Assembly (NCBI GenBank): GCA_035604795.1
Contig: DATNHU010000106.1
Coordinates: forward strand, 1 to 25,699
DNA length: 25,699 nt
Direction of reading: 5' to 3'
Source of the DNA: Candidatus Limnocylindrales bacterium
GTDB lineage: Bacteria > Acidobacteriota > Terriglobia > Acidiferrales > UBA7541
Under the pieces are notes generated by a model that did not search any database, was not told the origin of the DNA, and saw nothing but the letters and a program-made list of their open reading frames with translations. Of this stretch, positions 22,636-25,699 are shown in pieces (positions within the stretch are counted from its first letter, which is position 1; the number at the start of each line of letters is the position of its first letter). The position numbers were made by a program, and so were the translations under genes.

Positions 22636-25200
22636 TCACGCAACGGCCGGCCGCAATTCTGCCGATTCCGCTCGAATCACCACGGATGCGCTCTTCAGTC
22701 CATCGCCGGTGGCCGAAACTGTGATTTCGCCGGACTGCTTGGGCGCTTGCACAATCGCCATGCACAGCCCGTTGAACACGCTGCGCTTCGCGCCCTGGTC
22801 TGATTCGTGGCAACTCGGGTCTCCGTTTCCAACGCCTATGATTCGGCCGCCGCCCGCAACCGCAAAACTAATCTCGTTTGAGGCGGTTGGGACGATGCGC
22901 CCCTGTGCGTCCAGCACTTCCACTACAACCACGGAAACATCTTCGCCATCGGCGGAGATCTTCACACGGTCAGGGCGAAGCGCAACTCCGGTCGGTACGC
23001 CGGTTGTCTCGCGCTTATCGGTCAGCACAATCTTTCCGTCCTTGCTGCCGCGCGCCTCAATTGTTCCCGGCGCGTATTTCACTTTCCATTCCACGTGGGA
23101 GTTACGCTCCACTTTTTTCAAGCCCAAACTCACGTCATTCAAGAAAAGCTCCACGCTATCCAGATTGCTGTGACACCAAACATCAATTTCCTGGCCCTCT
23201 TTCCCGCTCCAATTCCAGTGCGGAAAAAGATGCAGCACGGGCTTCGATCCCCACCAGGCCTGATAATAAAAATAGGTGTCCTTGGGGAAGCCGCAAGTGT
23301 CCATTGCGCCGAAGTGCGAGCTGATGCACGGCCAGTTATAGGGACTGGGCTCACCGCGATAATCGAAACCCGTCCAGAGGAAGCCGCCGGCCAGGAATGG
23401 GCGCTCGGCATAAAACTTCCACCATTTTTCCGCGGTTTTTGCGTAGCTCGGTGCATTCACGTCGTAGGCGCTGACGTATCCCTTCACTTTGTCGGTCTCG
23501 TAGATCCCGCGGGTCATATAGTGGCTCGCTGTTTCCGTTCCGATCATCGGCTGCTTGGGAAATTTCGCGTGGAAGTCGTCAATCTGCCCCTCGTAGTAGT
23601 TGCAGCCCTGCACGTCTACCACGTCGGATACTCCCTTGCCCCATCCGCCATTCATGGCCATGGTCACTGGCCGGCTCGGGTCCAATTTCTTTGCCAACCT
23701 TTTCATGGTGGCCACAATCTTTGCGCCGCGCGGCGTGGATTGTTCACGCTCTTCATTTCCCAGCGACCAGATAATGATGCTGGGATGATTCCGGAAGCGC
23801 TTGATCATGCGCTCCACTTGCTGGAGCCCCACCGGGTTTGACGACATCATCCGCGTCTCGCACATCACCAGCATTCCCAGGCGGTCGCACGCATCCAGAA
23901 ATTCCGGCGTTGGCGGATTGTGCGATGTGCGGCAACCATTCACTCCCATTTCCTTCAGACGCTCCAGGCGATAACTCTGCAGACGGTCGGGCAGCGCCGC
24001 GCCCACGCCGGCGTGGTCCTGATGATTGCAAGTGCCCTTGATTTTCACGGGCTTGTCATTCAGAAAGAACCCCTTGTCGGCGTCAAAGCGCACTGTGCGG
24101 ATACCCAACGTCGCTTGCTGGCGATCCACAATCACGCCATCGGCTTCGACAATCGTTACCCAGCGATAGAGATTCGGTTCTTCAACGGACCACAGCCGCG
24201 GATGGCTGAGGGTTGCCTGCGACTCGAATTCAAGAATGCCTCCAGCTTCGATCGTTGCTGGTTTCGATTGGCCCACGGCGACCACTTTTCCGTCAGTGTC
24301 CACGGCGCGAGAAATCACGCGGCAGGTCCTGTCTTTGCCGCTTTCGTTCTGTACTTCGGTCTTGAAGAACAAAGTGGCTGAATCACCGTTCACTTCGGAC
24401 CTCACATAGGTTCCAGACGGCGTGACGTTCACGGGATCTGTCTTCATCAGCCGCACGTGTCTGTAAATTCCCGCGCCCTCGTAGAACCATCCCTCGCCGA
24501 GCGTTGCATCCACGCGGACGGTTAAAATATTCTTGTCGCCATAATTCACGAAGTCGGTCAGATCGAACCGGAAAGGCGCATAGCCGCTGAATTCTTCGCC
24601 GATGTAGTGCCCGTTGAACATCACCATGGCATGTCGAAATGCCCCGTCGAAAATGACGGCGATGCGCCTGCCCGCATCCGACGCAGGAATATCGAACACG
24701 CGGCGATACCAGCCGATGCTTGTCTCCGGGTACTCGCGGCCGAGCGCCTTTGCGCCGTGATCCGGCAAGTCGTAGCTGCCGGTCGGCTTCCCATTGCGAT
24801 CCAATGTTGGATTGCCCTTATCGAACGGAAGCTCTACGGCCCAATCGTGAGGAAGGTCAACGCTGCGCCATGCGCTGTCGTCAAAATTCACGCGGGTCAC
24901 AGGAGGAAATGAGCCGGATTTTGCAAACGTGGCTTCGCGCCGGGTTGAGCCATATCCAAAATCCTTTGCGGGGTCATCTGCGTGGCCGAGGGTAAATTTC
25001 CACCCGAAATCCAAGAGAAGCTTTTCGCGAGGAACAGAAGTTGCCGCGGCTTCGGCCTGGACGATGGCCGAACCAACCGGAGATGAAGTGGGGGCGGCAT
25101 CGGCGCCAAGAGGCAAAGGCAAGGCAGCTTTCGCTGCCACGGCCCCAGCCGATGCTGCCAGACTGTTTTTCAGGAACCTACGGCGAGACCATCGCGGCAT
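22636..25200 (-). CDS. Beta-galactosidase, glycoside hydrolase family 2, Tat-exported
   Basis: Twin-arginine signal (SRRRFLK...AASAGAVAAKA), LPHDWAVE, IGWYRR.F, WFYEGAGIYRHV, GIRTVRFD, KGTCNHQDHAGVG, RTSHNPP, WSLGNEE (acid/base), GTE (nucleophile region), GGFLWTGFDYRGEP, GVGNGDP. GGGAGGG RBS. Confidence 0.93.
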   Translation of the reverse strand: MPRWSRRRFLKNSLAASAGAVAAKAALPLPLGADAAPTSSPVGSAIVQAEAAATSVPREKLLLDFGWKFTLGHADDPAKDFGYGSTRREATFAKSGSFPPVTRVNFDDSAWRSVDLPHDWAVELPFDKGNPTLDRNGKPTGSYDLPDHGAKALGREYPETSIGWYRRVFDIPASDAGRRIAVIFDGAFRHAMVMFNGHYIGEEFSGYAPFRFDLTDFVNYGDKNILTVRVDATLGEGWFYEGAGIYRHVRLMKTDPVNVTPSGTYVRSEVNGDSATLFFKTEVQNESGKDRTCRVISRAVDTDGKVVAVGQSKPATIEAGGILEFESQATLSHPRLWSVEEPNLYRWVTIVEADGVIVDRQQATLGIRTVRFDADKGFFLNDKPVKIKGTCNHQDHAGVGAALPDRLQSYRLERLKEMGVNGCRTSHNPPTPEFLDACDRLGMLVMCETRMMSSNPVGLQQVERMIKRFRNHPSIIIWSLGNEEREQSTPRGAKIVATMKRLAKKLDPSRPVTMAMNGGWGKGVSDVVDVQGCNYYEGQIDDFHAKFPKQPMIGTETASHYMTRGIYETDKVKGYVSAYDVNAPSYAKTAEKWWKFYAERPFLAGGFLWTGFDYRGEPSPYNWPCISSHFGAMDTCGFPKDTYFYYQAWWGSKPVLHLFPHWNWSGKEGQEIDVWCHSNLDSVELFLNDVSLGLKKVERNSHVEWKVKYAPGTIEARGSKDGKIVLTDKRETTGVPTGVALRPDRVKISADGEDVSVVVVEVLDAQGRIVPTASNEISFAVAGGGRIIGVGNGDPSCHESDQGAKRSVFNGLCMAIVQAPKQSGEITVSATGDGLKSASVVIRAESAELRPAVA

Positions 25201-25265
25201 AGTGCCCTCCCGTGGCGCGGAGTATATCGCGGGGACGCCTTTTTAAGCTCGGATTGAAATGAAAT

Positions 25266-25697
25266 TTAGAAATCAGTGAGCTGCTTGCCGGGCAGTGCCG
25301 CCCGCACAGCATTCAATACCACAATAAGATCGATCAACTCCTGCGTGATGGCTCCGGCGATCGGAGGCAGATGTCCGAACGCGGCCGCGATCATTCCCAC
25401 TATGCTCAGTGCCATACCGCCAACCGCGCTTTGCAGCGCGATGGTTCTCATCCGGCGGCCGATGTGCATCAACACATCCACCTGGCTGAGCGAAGTTTCC
25501 AGCACGACGGCGTCGGCGGCCTCGGAGGTGATGTCATTTTTTACTCCGAACGCAACCCCAACTGTGGCCGCTTGCATGGCGGGCGCGTCGTTAATGCCGT
25601 CTCCAAGGAAAAGTGTCGGTGCCCGTCTGCTCTCTTCACGGACAATTTCCACTTTTTCTTCCGGGCTCTTTGCGGATTGAACATCCTGAATGCCAAC
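25266..25697 (-). CDS. Heavy-metal-translocating P1B-type ATPase, C-terminal fragment (gene begins beyond the window)
   Basis: The frame is open to the window edge ([19 protein letters not shown]). It contains [31 protein letters not shown], and terminal TM helices [17 protein letters not shown]. Confidence 0.9.
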   Translation of the reverse strand, partial: VGIQDVQSAKSPEEKVEIVREESRRAPTLFLGDGINDAPAMQAATVGVAFGVKNDITSEAADAVVLETSLSQVDVLMHIGRRMRTIALQSAVGGMALSIVGMIAAAFGHLPPIAGAITQELIDLIVVLNAVRAALPGKQLTDF

Positions 25698-25699
25698 TT

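Overview
Window of about 60% GC bacterial DNA, most likely Acidobacteriota (inferred from three orphan ADOP-type permeases plus an acidobacterial PadR regulator). Left to right: a 5'-truncated beta-propeller/phosphoesterase gene, fabV, and a secreted amidohydrolase. Next is a tightly coupled minus-strand operon behind a strong sigma70 promoter and a SAM-I riboswitch. It encodes a threonine-synthase-like PLP enzyme, an in-frame fusion of a MoaD/ubiquitin-like sulfur carrier (ending ...IAGG) to homoserine kinase, an aspartate kinase with no ACT regulatory domains, and asd. Then come a divergent ADOP permease, a lower-GC orphan secreted protein, a repeat-rich intergenic stretch, padR plus two ADOP permeases, a membrane-anchored MutS-domain ATPase, a Tat-exported GH2 beta-galactosidase, and the 3' end of a P1B-type ATPase. 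The standout is the SAM-controlled operon. It looks like a methionine (homocysteine) route via O-phosphohomoserine and a protein thiocarboxylate, in which the sulfur carrier is made as a polyprotein with the kinase and would have to be cleaved after Gly-Gly. A 67-bp GTAG-hairpin repeat family (3 copies) and other REP-like and tandem repeats are also present. No tRNA, rRNA, CRISPR array or transposase was seen.
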